DNA of 64,000 nucleotides from Oikopleura dioica (lineage: Eukaryota; Animalia; Chordata): contig OU015566.1 of the NCBI GenBank assembly GCA_907165135.1, positions 4,588,001 to 4,652,000 on the forward strand. Direction: 5' to 3'. Of the stretch, positions 11,901-24,900 are shown in pieces (position 1 is the stretch's first letter; every line of letters starts with the position of its first letter). The position numbers were made by a program, and so were the translations under genes. The notes under the pieces were generated by a model, which saw only the letters and a program-made list of their open reading frames with translations, made no database searches and was not told where the DNA came from.

Positions 11901-14240
11901 ATATTTGGCTGAGAGGCCAATCAGAGTGCCTTATTCGGCAGAAAGGCCAATCAGATTGCCTACTTCGGCTGAAGGGCCAATCAAATTGAAGAAACATAAA
12001 AATTCGAGTTTTGCTTTTTAGATGAATATTTTTTGTCGAAAAATCGACAATTTTGAGAGAAAAAAAAATTTTGACCCAAAAGCTCTGTTATGTACTGTAA
12101 ATTGCTCTTTGTTCAAAACAACGAAAAAAGTATTCGCTCGTTTGTCCCGAGCGCGACCTACAAATTGCGACGACGTTTTCCCGCGCCATGCCGAGCACTC
12201 CAATGCCGAACGAAATGAGCAGCAGAAATCCCGAAACAATCCACAAAATCGGCGTCGTGAAGAAAATCAAGTCCAAATATTCGTGGCTGAATAAAAAGAA
12301 TTGAGCTGTTGTTTCAATTTTCAATAAATGACAGAACGATTAATCTGATAAAAATATCGTCGCGTCTTTTTTGATAAGCGCGTTGCCGTGAACGAAAATT
12401 TGTCGGAATAAATCAATGATTCTGAATCATTGATTCAATTTTTATGTCGATTTAGAGAAAAAAATCTGAGTAATTTCGGAAAGAGCACTTGAAAGTGGCA
12501 ATTTCGCCGTGGACCGGAAGCTTCTTACGATCTCTCCGGACGAGATTTGGCAGTCTTCCTAGCATTCCTGACATTTTCTTATCAAATGGATGGAATTTCC
12601 TTCATTTGCGATTTTTGCAAAATTTTAATTTAGTCAAAAATGGGGTGATAAAATTTAATTAAGAAATTTTTCATATAATAATTTTTAAACCGTTATTTCT
12701 AAAAATATCATAGCGACACCCTTATTTTTTCAAGTCAAAAGAAGGGCTGCACCCTTATCTTTCGTGGAAAGATAATTTTGGCTGAATAATTAAGGGTGTC
12801 TCTATCAAAAAATTGGAACGTTAAATCTTTTGCGAATTTCGTAGTGACACCCTTATTTTTCGAGTCCAAAGAAGAATTGCACCTTCATTTTTGGTCAGAA
12901 GTTAATTTGGCTTAAACATTAAGGGTGTCTCTATGTAAAAATTGAAATGTTATAACTTTAGCATATTTCATAGTGAAACCCTTATTTTTCGAGTTAAAAG
13001 ATGGGTTAAGCCTTCATTTTTGGTTAAAACATTATTTTGGCAGAAAAATTAAGGGTGTCTCTATGATAAAAAAGGAAAAATCTCTGTAATTCCTCTGGAG
13101 AAGCTAAGAAAAGGGATGAGCTCGGGGGATATAAAAATGATGGAAATGCATATTATGAAATTTAGAAAGATTCGCATGGCGATTTGGCAAATTGGATCGA
13201 GAAGTTGATTATGTTTCTTTTGGAAACATCGGCCGACACGGCCGCTCATATATCCGATTTTCATGAATCCGATTTCCTTCTTTTTTCTTCAGTAATTTAA
13301 TATAAAAGAATGAAGTTCATGATTTCGAAATCAATTGAAAAATGCGGTTATAACCTTGTTTTTGCCAAAAGCTTGTTTTTCCATGTTTTACAGCTGTGGC
13401 GGGAGTTTAGAGACATCGATTTTGAGATGATCCAAAATTTAAACATGACTCACTCAATTTTCTCGGAGATCATTACGTGCATGTGTTTTGTCTAAAAACA
13501 CCGCCGTTTTGGGCTGCTCAACAACGGATGCTCCAATGTTTAGTTTTAGCTCCGTGAAAAATAATCTCGCGAGCAAAAGAAAGATGATTGTCTTTGTGTA
13601 AATCATGTTTCTGAAATTTTTTTTCTATAAAATTTTTAGGATAAGGGTTACTCCGCAATAATAAGGGGATGGCCATTGAATTAGTTTTATTCATGAATTT
13701 TTGCATAGAAATCCCCTTTTTTGGTCAAACAAAAAAACGGGAGTGATTTTCTAGATCAGGGTTTTGATTGGCTGTTAGGCATAATGCAGCAATTTTATTG
13801 GTTATCCGAAAATACATTTTTATTTTTTGGTTTTGTCCCTTATTTTTGCTTAATTTTGGAGTTGTCAAACCTGTGCATTTTTGGATGACCAATAAGATTG
13901 CTGTATTAAGCTTACTGGCCAATCAAAAGCCTGATCCAGAAAAATCATTGCCGATTGTTGATTCTGCCCTTGATTTTTTGCGAATTTTTTTTGGCCAGAA
14001 AGGCTCGAAATTTATAAAAAAATTAAAACTGATTAGAAAAAATGGCAGAAATATCATCATTTTTTCTCACCTGAAAATGATCATCTCACTGAAGCCAGCA
14101 TAAATAAACATGACTCCGAACAAAAAACTCGCAAATTTGACCACAAAATTGATCGTCTTCAAAACTCCGACTGTATCTATCTTCTTTATCTCTCCTTTAA
14201 CAATTTTTAAGTAATCTTCGATTATGTAGAAATCTCTCAT
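8993..14240 (-). CDS. Tetraspanin
   Basis: TM1 exon (TINFVVKFASFLFGVMFIYAG) splices in phase to HEYLDLIFF..GIGVLGMARE. The large loop has DILQNELSCCG..DW, PDSCC and GC motifs. Confidence 0.8.
9520..9760. repeat. ~21-nt tandem repeat (tgttgacaatgtcgacatttt)
   Basis: Tandem copies here and a related array at 8630-8840. Confidence 0.85.
10791..11036. mobile_element. Near-perfect ~245-nt palindrome (fold-back MITE)
   Basis: aaatacgcttttggcgttatcgaagg...tcgccaga is mirrored by tctggcga...ccttcgataacgccaaaagcgtattt around a ~25-nt spacer. Confidence 0.85.
11824..11987 (+). repeat. Six ~30-nt tandem units, five with a GGCCAATCA box
   Basis: The unit aaggccaatcagattgccttattcggctga is repeated, inside a tetraspanin intron. 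Confidence 0.85.
12710..13065. repeat. Tandem units of a dispersed acacccttatt / aagggtgt inverted-repeat family
   Basis: The same motif pair occurs at ~4400-4680, 22500-22800, 24490-24535 and 33300-33580. Confidence 0.6.
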
Positions 14241-15769
14241 TTTTTTTTCTTCTAATTTTGCGATTCGGTTAAAAATGAGCTTGTTATCCAAGTGTCGTTG
14301 CAAAACTAGAAATAGAAAGAAAAGCAGCGGTGGATTGCGGCGCGACGCACGGTCGAGAAAATGCTATGCGCGAAATTGGTGGCGCGAGAGGGCGAATCTT
14401 CTAGCGCGCATCTGCGCGCCATGAGTTGTCATGATAAATAAGTGGTAATTTTATTAGGATCAGTTGTAGTTTTTTCTGAATAAAAACGAATCTCTTGGCA
14501 GAAATGGTTCTTCGCAATTAGGGCATATTTTTAGGATCCATTAACATCAACAAATCCGTGTTTGGGTGTATTGAAATAAGGGTTTCATCAATTTCGGAGA
14601 CAAACTTTAAGGGGGTGGTATCTTGAACCGACAAAAAAAAATTCGTAAAATTTTGCGTTGGCGGCTACTCGGCTGCTTATTGGCCGGTTTACCGAATCCA
14701 GTCTTCTGATTGGTTTAAAATTTCCACGTAAAATTTGTCGAAATTTTTGTCGGTTCCAGATTCCTCCCAATTTTAAGGGACCTTTTTGTAAAGATAATGT
14801 TTTATCTTTTTAAGCATATTTTCGTCTTGACATTTTTTCGAGTCTAAAACGCTCAATTAATCTTTGAAGCAATTAATTGTAAAAAAGTGACATTTTTATG
14901 AAAATAATCGGCATTTTAGCGCGTTGATGATTTAATGATTTCAGAGATCTTAAATCGAGTACTGAACTCAAATCGCCTTTCGAAAAGGAAAATTTTCGAC
15001 GTGTGGTCCTTAATTTGACAGTCTGATCTAATCACCCCTTCTCCGAAGCTCCTTTAGTACAGTCAAAGAAGCAGAGAAAAAAGAGGGAGAAATTTGGCCA
15101 AGAGAAAAGATCGCTCATTATTTCGTTCGATTCTAGAGTATATTTCCAACTTGCTTTTTTTGGGATAATTTTCATTCATAAAATTTAGAGAGAAACTTCT
15201 AGGAAAAGCGATGAAAAAGGGGCCTCCTATAATGCTTTTTTCGTAAAAACGCTTTTATTTTTGACATCGTAAAACTGTGTAGCTTTTCTTCCGTCTTCCT
15301 TCTTTTGTATCACCTTGCAATTATGCTTTTAAATACTCATACTCGAACGTAAAAAAAAACTCTTTTCAGAAAAAAAAATTGGAAGGGAAACAAAGAAAGT
15401 GAGCCCGTCTGAAAAATTGAACATTTGAAGATTCAACAATATCGTTTTGACCTTTTCTCCGCGGCGAGAGATCAAATATTCGCGAAATTCTGGAGAATTG
15501 AAACAAAAAACCGAGAAAATGTGAAAAGGAAAAATAATGAAAATTTATAGACGACTGAAACTTTCTTCTCTTATTGGCTTGGCGGCTACAGGAAATTGGT
15601 TGCTTACATTTATTGAATATGAGTTAAATAATAATAAATAAATTATTTTTATGATTTTTTAGCAAAAAATTATTTAAAAAATTTTTATACAATTTTTAAT
15701 TGTTATTCTGAATAACTTATTCATAATAATAATTTATAATTAACAACTTATAAATATCTTTTAAATTAA

Positions 15770-16071
15770 GGACCCCCGTCAGCTCTTTCCTTCAAAAAAT
15801 GGAATTTTTCAAAAACACCATATTTTTGGTTTTAAATGCATCCTCAGGTTAAACTTGTTTCAAAAACTTGATAGGAGGAATATTTGACCAAGAAAAATCA
15901 ATATTTTTGCCAAAATAAGGGCGAATTCGTCATTTTTCGACGAAAAGTCCAATTTTCAAATGCGATTTTGGGGGTGTTAGAGTCGAGATAGACCCCCAAA
16001 AAATGAAGCCCGGGGTCAAAATTTTAAAATTCCGAAATTTGATTTTTCGAAAAAAGCTGACGGGGGGGTCC
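15770..16071. mobile_element. TTAA-flanked ~300-nt MITE
   Basis: ttaa|ggacccccgtcagct ... agctgacgggggggtcc|ttaa. Confidence 0.75.
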
Positions 16072-16199
16072 TTAATGAATAAAAATTTTTATTGAGTAAA
16101 ATTTATTTATGAATATTTTTTATTTCAAATTAAACAGAATAATCATCGTTAATTGAAGTTGATAGTGATGATTTCTCGATTTTTGAATATTAAATTGAC

Positions 16200-18095
16200 C
16201 ATGAAAAAGTCTTCCTCTTCACAAAATTCGCCGAGTTTTGCAATGAACAAAAATTATTCCAATTTCAATTCACAATTTACGATTTCTACGGCGAAAATAA
16301 TCCCGAGCAAAAAGACTACGGGCCAATTTGGTCGAATTCGCTTGGAGAGACGCATCTTCTCATCGGAATTCCAACGGTCAAAAGAGCTGCAGAAAGCTAT
16401 CTCAAAGGTACAGAACATTTTTGAAATCAACAATGACGATTTTCTTCTTCTAGATACGCTGAGCTCAATAAAGACTGATCTAAAGAACTTCAAAGAATCG
16501 GAAACGTTCAAAATTTCGATCGTTCTTTTCGCAGGAAAAAGTGACGAGGAATATTTCGACGAATTGAAAGAAGAGTATCAAGATGAACTTGGGGAAGATT
16601 TCGCGGTTTTAATGGCTCCCGATGATTATTACCATGAATACTTTGACAAGCCAATCAGGAAGGTTTTGCTTATTTGGATGCGCTGATAGAGGTCGTTTTC
16701 ATGAGTTTTCACGATAAAAACTGGGAGTTGTCAGGGACCACCGAAAATCCAGACAAATTTTGCGAAGAAATTTTCAGCCAATCAGAAACCTTGATCCGGC
16801 CAACCAGTCAATCAGAAGCCGAGTAGCCGACCACGCAAAATTTGTCGTGATTTTTTGTCGATTCGTGAGACCACGCCAAAAAATCGTTCAAAAAAAAACC
16901 TCGAAAATCTCGCAAATCTCGAAAAACAAAGCCAAAAAAGCCCAACTTTCGGCGATTCTGTCGAGCGAATGTCCTGGCGAACCATGCAAGCTCTCGACTA
17001 CATTTTCCTCTGGGAAAACGCCATGAAATTTCCGCTCTATTTACAACTCGAAGACGATGTTCAAATCAACGCCGGTTTCTTCAATTTCATCAGCAATCAG
17101 TTAAAAAGTCTCGAAAAAAAAGACTGGTTTTCGCTGGAATTTTCACCGCTTGGTTTTATTGGAAAATTGTTCAAAAGCGAGAGTTTGCAGGCGCTGACGC
17201 ACTATAGCAAGTTGTTTTTTGATGTAAAGCCGATTGATTGGATCTATTGGAGTTATATAAGAATGAAAGTTTGCTCCCCCGAGGTAGAAAAACAGCAATT
17301 TTTCTTTGATAAGAAAACGAATCATTTTGAAGTGGGACAAAAAAAAGTGCCAAGCAGAAATTCGAAAAGTCGCGATTTCCTGCACCTCGAAAACTCCGCT
17401 CCTCAGTCATATTGGCTCGATTTCATCGCTCGACGGAAAAGTCCAGCATCTGGTGGAAAGGGCGCAAGGAAACCCTGATGCCTCGAAAATCTGGTGCACT
17501 GACAACATCAATTTATCAGACTTGGAAGCGATTTACAAGTGCGTTTTCTTCCTTGATTTCAATTTTCAGAACCATTTTAGGTCTTCTAAGACAATCGAAG
17601 TTGTTCCAGTAAAAGATAAGAAGACAACAATTAAAATTTCTTTCCGCCACCTTCAGTCGCCAAAAGACTTTATTTTCTACCACGGGACGAAGGCCGCCGG
17701 CCAGCCGAGCAGTCGATCTCAATCGAAAATTCCGACAACAACGAGGATCTTTGCGGATGTGAATGGAGAAGGATGGAAAGATGTTTTGGATTTTTCTCAG
17801 TGTTATCATGGGAACGGGTTTACTTTATACTGACACTTATAGTTAGTTACGTTTCAGTTCCAAATTTATGATAAAAATAATAATTTTATAGTTTTTTCTT
17901 TAGAAAATCTTGCTGCAAATAATTTCTTTCCAATTAAACCCGCTGAAAAGCGCGAAAACAACAAATCTTGGCGTAAAAACAACCTGTTCAATGAGCAAAT
18001 ACAGTTCTGGAGAAACAATCATCAACGCCTTCAAAATCGAAGTCCCAAGTGGCCACGAAGCTTTTCTTCTTCATAAAATCGACATCCATAGATAA
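16200..18095 (+). CDS. MGAT4: Alpha-1,3-mannosyl-glycoprotein 4-beta-N-acetylglucosaminyltransferase-like (glycosyltransferase family 54)
   Basis: RMSWRTMQALDY, YLQLEDDV, WFSLEFSPLGFIGKLF and KPIDW motifs. Multi-exon; the ends are approximate. Confidence 0.85.
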
Positions 18096-18261
18096 CGTTT
18101 TTGCTGTTTTTTTTTCTTTTTAGAATTTTTATTTTATTTTCTGTAGTCTTCAAAGCTAAAGTTGCGAAAAGGATAAAAAATCGAAAAAATAAAATGTTTT
18201 TTCACTTTTTGAACTTGAAGTTTTTTTATATTTACAGCGTTAAATTATTTTCACTTCTTTT

Positions 18262-20545
18262 TTATACAAGCAAATTGTCCGGAACAGACGGAATTCTTCC
18301 CAATAAGCTCTCATCCTCTCTAGAGCTTACGATCGATTCTGCTTTCTTCCTTGATTTCACGGACTGAGAATCAGAGTTTTCCGAGGCCGATTTTCCGACG
18401 AAACTTGAGTTTGTCAGGACCGAAGAGGCTGTCGAGCTGCCCCAGCGTTCTAGAGACTTTCGATTTGCCGCCCAAACGAGGGGAGCGAAAGCGGGAAGGA
18501 GGGGGAGGAGCTTTTCGAGGAGGATAAAGGCGATTCCTGATGAGTTTGAGCCTGAAAAAGAAAAATTAGAAATGCGCGTTTCTGATTGGCTGGACGCATG
18601 TTTTCTGCTTCTTGATTGGTTGAAAATGAAGAAAAGGGATTAATTACCTTCAAGAACAGCCATTTCCCAGACCGCTTTATGATCCGCTTCGTAAAACTTG
18701 ACCAACAAAAAGGCAGATTTCGGCAACATGAAGAAAATCGTAAACAAGATGATTCGATGAACAACAAGAGCAGATTTCGACTTCGGAGCAAGATCTTTTC
18801 TCAGCGCGTATAAACCCGCCATGAAGATTGCTGAGCCAGTGAAGAAAAAACCAACAGTGGGGAAGAAGAGGAGGACCCAGTTGGCGAATGTTGAGGTAGA
18901 TAAGGCGCAGGAGTTGAGGTAGGCATCGCCGGTAACGAGTCGGTGGTACAGAGCAGTGGAGGTCAAAATGGCGGGAAAAGTCCAAGAAAAGAGATGGAAA
19001 AACGGGCCGATTTGGGAGATGGATTCGGAGGACCACTTGAGAATGGCAGCCAGGGCCCAAGAAATCATCAGAATTAGCCACCAGCAAAGTGCAGCACCTT
19101 CAATTTTCAAGTAAAAATAACGAAATGGCAAGAAAAAAAGTACCTGTAAAATAAAACTTCGCCATAAAAATCAGCGTGCAGAAGTTCTTATCAATTCCAT
19201 TCACCAGCCCTTTTTGCTCAAGAACTTCCCCCGTGGCGAGATTTTCGAGCCTGTTCTTTGAGCAGCCGATTCCAGAAGGACTGACGATTCCGAGTAAAAT
19301 GAACAAGCAGATTGCAGAGTAGCAGATGGCGAAGTAAACTGCTGGCTTTTCCGGGTACTGGAATCTGAAAAGGGAAATGAGTGGTGCTAGAATCTCAAAA
19401 TCTTAATGGAGCGTGGTTTATGCTTCGGTGAACAGAATATTCAAGAAACGGAAGTTCCTCGCGGAGCTGGAACTACCGACCGGAGTTCCGGGAAAAATAC
19501 TAATTGGAGAGCCCGGGTCGTCGATTTACCTTTTCTTGTCGACGAAAAAGCAAACGACGCAAAAGCAAGAAGAAATCGCTCCAGCTGCAGCGACGATTCC
19601 GACAACTAGCCGAACCAGCTTTGTCTCTGTTTCCGTCGTTTCTTTCGGCTCACAAGGGCCGGTGCATCCAGCGATTCCGGCGTAGGAGATTTCCAAGTTT
19701 TCGGTAATCTGCTCTGCCGGGCAAAAACGAGAGTGCTCATCAGCTTCTTGGGAGTTCTCTTCGTTGATTTCAGTCGACGTCCAGGAGAGTTGGAAAGGAA
19801 GTGGTTTTGAGGAATCGTGAGGAGGGATGCACTGAGCTTCGGAAATTCTTGGCAAGCGGTCGCAGGAGAACTCGGCAGGCCATTGGATGTCGAATTCGGT
19901 GATAAGGGAGGCGCAGGAGGAGGTGACGAGTTCGCACAATTCTCGGCAGGGTGGCACGGGGACGAGATAAGGAAGTGTTCCTGAAAATATGTTGAAGGAG
20001 GGTTAGGGTTAAGATTAAGGCTTTTGAGGGTGATTCATCCTTTTTTTGAAAATCTTTCGAAAAAAAAAATCGGCGCCAAAACAAAATATCACGAAAATGT
20101 CATTTCTGGTTGCAAAGTGTGACCACATTTGGAGATAAGCCAGAAGTAGGGATGAACTTCCGGCGGGGGACACGTGTTGTTTGGGAAATATTTGGCGCCG
20201 AATTTTGAATTTTGTCTTTGGCGGGCGCTCAAATTCTGCGTGAAAAATTCAATTTAATTATACACCCTTAATTCGCTTTTTACCTGATAAATCGCTGTCC
20301 ACGCATGCAGGGGAAAGTGAGGAGCAGAGGAATAGGTCCAAAAGAGGGGAGCATTCCATTTGGCGAAGAGGGTAAAAATGGCCAAAAGTGACGTCGACTT
20401 CTGTACTCGACCATTGACCGAGAAGATTTGGCCAAAAAGAAGAGCTGTAAGCGGCGAAGTTTGAACCGCATTGTTTGTGAGTTCCTTTGGTGCAGAATGC
20501 GGCGAAGGATGTTTGGAGGAAGATCAGGGTTAATCTGAAAAACAT
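18262..20545 (-). CDS. FZD: Frizzled-family Wnt receptor (divergent)
   Basis: CRD (WPNLLGQ..CSPLLDLFLCS..PPCRELCE..WP..SCDRLP), multiple TM exons (KWSSESI..FHLFSW), KTxxxW variant KSLERW and C-terminal ..NLLV*. The first exon was not located. Confidence 0.85.
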
Positions 20546-20584
20546 TTCGTCAAAAATTGTCGACAAATTAAGATTTATGTCTTG

Positions 20585-20860
20585 TAGACAAAAACTGTCT
20601 ACCAGAAAAAAATTGTCTACCAGACAAAAATTGTCTACCAGACAAAAATTATCTTCCAGACAAAAATTGTCTACCAGACAAAAATTCTCTAGCAGACAAA
20701 AATTCTCTAGCAGACAAAAATTGTCTAGCAGACAAAAATTCTCTAGCAGACAAAAATTGTCTAGCAGACAAAAATTCTCTAGCAAACGATAAATGTCTAG
20801 CAGATAAAAATGTCCAATTTTGTCTTGTAGACAAATAAGCTGTCTACCAGACAGAAAATG
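20585..20860. repeat. 18-nt tandem repeat (agacaaaaattgtctagc)
   Basis: About 12 copies, each internally palindromic. It generates the spurious ORFs 20258-20834. Confidence 0.9.
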
Positions 20861-21265
20861 AGGTTTTTCAAATTTTTTATGGCCAAAAAACTCATTTAGC
20901 TAATATGAAGGCTTCATTATGTAAAAGTTTGCATTCAAATGACTGTCAAAATGAGAAAGGAAAAGGTCACGTGGGAGAAGTTCCACCATCTGTGCGATAT
21001 TTAAAAATATGCGCGATGGGGAGACAGCTTCATACACTACTTTGGCATTTAGTTCTCCTCTTTATATCGATCGGATAAGATGGGATCGGTGAAGTGTGAT
21101 TAAGGTGATGAGGGTATTTAAAAAAGTAGTTTTTAAGAGTTTTATTAAGAATTTAAAAAGCTCATAAAAATATGCCGATCAAAAAATCTGTAAAAAACGC
21201 GAAAATAAAGATAATTTTCAAAAATATTATCAATTTTGAGGCAATTATTTTTGACCTTGAAAGTA

Positions 21266-21998
21266 CCGTGGTTTTCCATTTTAAGAGCGTTTTTTGGATG
21301 ACAGGCCTCGCTCAAATCGCTCTTAGATTGGAAATTTTTCAATCAAGGTAGGATGACAGTGGGATTTTTAATTTTTCCGTTAAACAAATTGTAAATGTAG
21401 CTATGTCATTTTCAACCCTGTGACAACCTTGTGTTCTGCAAGTACAAAAAAGATCCGATGTTTTCTTGACGATTTCATCGTCGACCATGATCATCTGATT
21501 ATCAAGGAGGAAGATCTAGTGAACAAAGCCAACGAAATCTTCATAAACATGAGTCCAGCAATCTTCAAGCGCTCTTGGATCAATACTGGGCTGATCAAGG
21601 AGGAAGAATTCGAAGGAGCTGTTGAAGATTTTGAGGACTTGGATGTTTTGGAAAGTTTGCTGGAGAAAGAAGACGAGGAAGAGCTGGTCGAGCATTTTCT
21701 GGCGCTTCAAATCGATGAAACACGAGCCGCGACCCCGATGGAGATTGAAGAGGAACCTCAAGTTCAAGTGATAGAGAGTGCCGACACTGCGAAGCCTTCG
21801 ACTTCAAAATGACCAGAAAAGCAGTGAAAGATTACAAACTTTTTTTATAAATGATTCACTGTCAGTCTGAAAATTTTTTGATTTTTAATAAAAATCTTCA
21901 AAAACGCTCTTAAAATGGAATTTTGGCAGATGACAACATTTTCAAATTATACGAAAAAACGCTCTTAAAGTGGGCGCTCTAAAAATGGAAAACCACGG
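21266..21998 (+). mobile_element. Non-autonomous Tc1/pogo-like element (copy 1) with a transposase-like C-terminal remnant
   Basis: TA|CCGTGGTTTTCCATTTT...AAAATGGAAAACCACGG|TA termini. The internal ORF 21420-21812 (..AIFKRSWINTGL followed by an acidic tail) resembles DDE_1-type transposase ends. Confidence 0.75.
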
Positions 21999-24900
21999 TA
22001 TAGAAAAAAATCGTCTGTCAGACAATTTTTGTCTGGTAGACAAAAATACTGTATTGATTATTAAAAGATTTCGAATTACCTCATTTTCTCGAGTTCTAGT
22101 TCTTCTATTCCATCAATTTTCAAGTCTCTTTATTTTTTTTGAGTTCTCGGGCTTGGCTTGTTTCTTTCTTTTTTCAAAATTTCGTACTTGTCGTACCAGT
22201 GTTCAAATTCAAGTGATAAAAGCAGCTCGTCGTTCTTGTCCGGGTGTCGGCGGTTGCGCGCGCACCCGGGATAGCGCGGCGCACCAACGCGCAGAAATAC
22301 CGTTTGCGCCACCTGTACTGTTTTTCTTCCTTCGGTTTACCTGCTATTTTGCAGCTGCTTTATTGGAATATACAAGTACAGCTTATTATTATTTCTTCTC
22401 TCCTGGGAATCGGTCTATAAAAATTTTTTCAACTCATTAATGCTCATTTCAGCATCAAAATTTTCGATAAAAATCGCAATTTTTTCCAGAATTAACCTAG
22501 TAACACCCTTAATTTTAAGATTCAATCGAAGATTGGTCGTCTTTTTACGTCAATTTATTAATTATTTAATTTATTAATTATAATAATTGATAAATTGACT
22601 TAAAAAGAGAACGAATCTTCGATTGAATCTTAAAATTAAGGGTGTCACTAGTTTAATTCCGGAAAAAAGAGTGATTTTATCGAATAATTTTTTTCTTGAT
22701 TGAATTATTTAAATTTTCCCTGCGAAAATTTTCCATCAAAATCCCCTTCTTGGCTTTTATAATAAATATTGCCCTTAGTTTTGGTCTGAAACACCCTTAT
22801 TTTTCGAACACCAAGCTAGAAAGAGAGAGACATCTTTCAGAGTCCGAATATTTTGCTTTGATCCAATCATTACCGTACTGAAAAAAACCTCATTAGCAGC
22901 GAAGCAGGCGGGGAATTCATCTTCATTACTAGCACGCGCACAGTGCCAAGACCGAATCAATAAGGAAGCCAATCTTTTGTCAATTAAAAATTCCTCTTTT
23001 GTCATTTCCAAAAATTTAAAATTCATTTGGAAGTTCCCTCCCTCGGGAAAAGACCTTTTTCTTCCTTGTTTTTGGCTTTTTTTTCAATTTAATTTTTTAA
23101 TAAAAACTTAAAAATAATTAATTTTTGGTATTTTGAATTCCATGTTCGTCAATTGAGGTGCCCAGCATTTAGTCCGACAAATCTCAATTATTCACGGATA
23201 AACCGCTTTAGCATGTCTGTTTTGGAAGCAAACATTTTCAACTCTCTGGGAGAGGCTTAGGTGAATGTCGTGTTTTTTCAACCTCTTGCCAGGCCGCGCG
23301 ACCAGTTTTTTCCTCGTGGGAAAAGATGGATAAAGACTTCTATTTCTGAAAAGGAGGATGAAAGTCAAGAACCCGCTGATTTGATTTTTGAGCTTTTGAC
23401 TTGGCAAAATTTGAGTCAATTTTTCTGATAAAGTTGAAAAAGAAAAATTAAGGGGGTAACCGTCGAATCTTGATTTTTTCGTCGAATATTTTTTGACACC
23501 CTTTAATTCAGTGAAATTAACCTACGAGCGTAGGAATGTCATTTTTCGGACCGAATCGAGGATTTCGAGAGATTTTTCTTAATAAAAATTTGTTTGCGGA
23601 TTGTTATCGCTCAGCAGGTTATCTCCAGCCTTGTCTCTTATCGCCAATCACCATCGCAATTAGCCGAGTTGCCCAAAATAGGACACGGAAGTAGGTTATT
23701 CCCTGCGTTATCGAAAATCACGCCCCGGTGCTTATCGACCCAAAGCTAGAATTTTTCCAAAATTGCAAAAACGGATCAATCTCGGATTAATTGTGGGGTT
23801 TTCAGGAAACGGATAGGAAGAGCTCTTATTGACAAAATATTGGGAAAAAACGGTTGTTTTGAATTTGAAATTGATTTCAGCCAAAATTTTGATTACCGCT
23901 TGGATACCCTTAAAAATCCTCTGGACAGAAATTTGGCCCGACTTTTCGCCTCCAAAATTTCATAATTTTTGGTCGTTTCGAAAACCATAAGCAACTGAAA
24001 ATTGCATAAGCCCCCTTTGTCATTTCCAATGTCAAAAATAGAATTTGGCGCTTCCCAAAATATATAAATACCGGTAGCAAATTCAAATATTCGATCTTGA
24101 GTTGACCTAAGTGAAGGGATAAGACGGCGTCTGCTCGGCGGGGGCTTTCAATTGAAATAAGGGGATCACCTCGTTTTGAATAAATGGGGATTAGGTTTGC
24201 TCTTTTGTTGAAATTTTACGGTATTGAAACGGCCTCGTTTTTTAGGTAGTATGTGGTAATTCGTCGGGCTATGACTCATAGCAAAGGAATGACCCCGACG
24301 AATAGGTGTGTTTTTTATCTTCAATCTGTCGGGATCGACCCCGACGAATGACTGTTATTTCATCTTTCATTTGTCGGGGCGACCCCGACGAATTACCACA
24401 GACTACGGTTTTTTAAGCAAATGAAGAAAAATATGACTCTTTTTCGAAGTAGCTACAGAAAAGTGCATTTTCATCAACGACTCCCTCTTTTGAAATAAGG
24501 GTGTCAATACGTTAGTTTCCATAAGGGTGTCCCTTATGATTTTTTGAAGAAAATTTTCGAGAAATAAGTGATCACTTCTGATCACAGTCAAAATTTCAGG
24601 CAACTAGTCCTGATAGTAGTATATATCATAGCATAGGGTGGTGTCACGTGGCTTAGAGATGTCCACTTGATAAGATGCGCGGATACTTTATGGTGTTAAT
24701 TTTACTCGATCAAATTCTTCGAGTCGAGGTTGTCAGAAAGAAACCATGTTCTCAGTGATTTTAGAGAACTGTATAAAGAAAACTGGCGCGTTTCCAAAAT
24801 ACAAACTCGTTTCCACCACATTAGAGCAATCCTGCGCTAAATCTGCTGAAGCGCATCCTTTGAAGATCACGTGTTCAGTGTTGTTTCGCTGTTTATGCTT

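Noticed and set aside
20258-20834. Long ORFs with LENFCLL / SSRQKF repeats
   Set aside because: They are translations of an 18-nt intronic tandem repeat. Only the part below ~20545 on minus is Frizzled coding.
8630-20860. Tandem arrays (21-, 30- and 18-nt) as possible CRISPR arrays
   Set aside because: Head-to-tail units without unique spacers, no cas genes, and a eukaryotic context.
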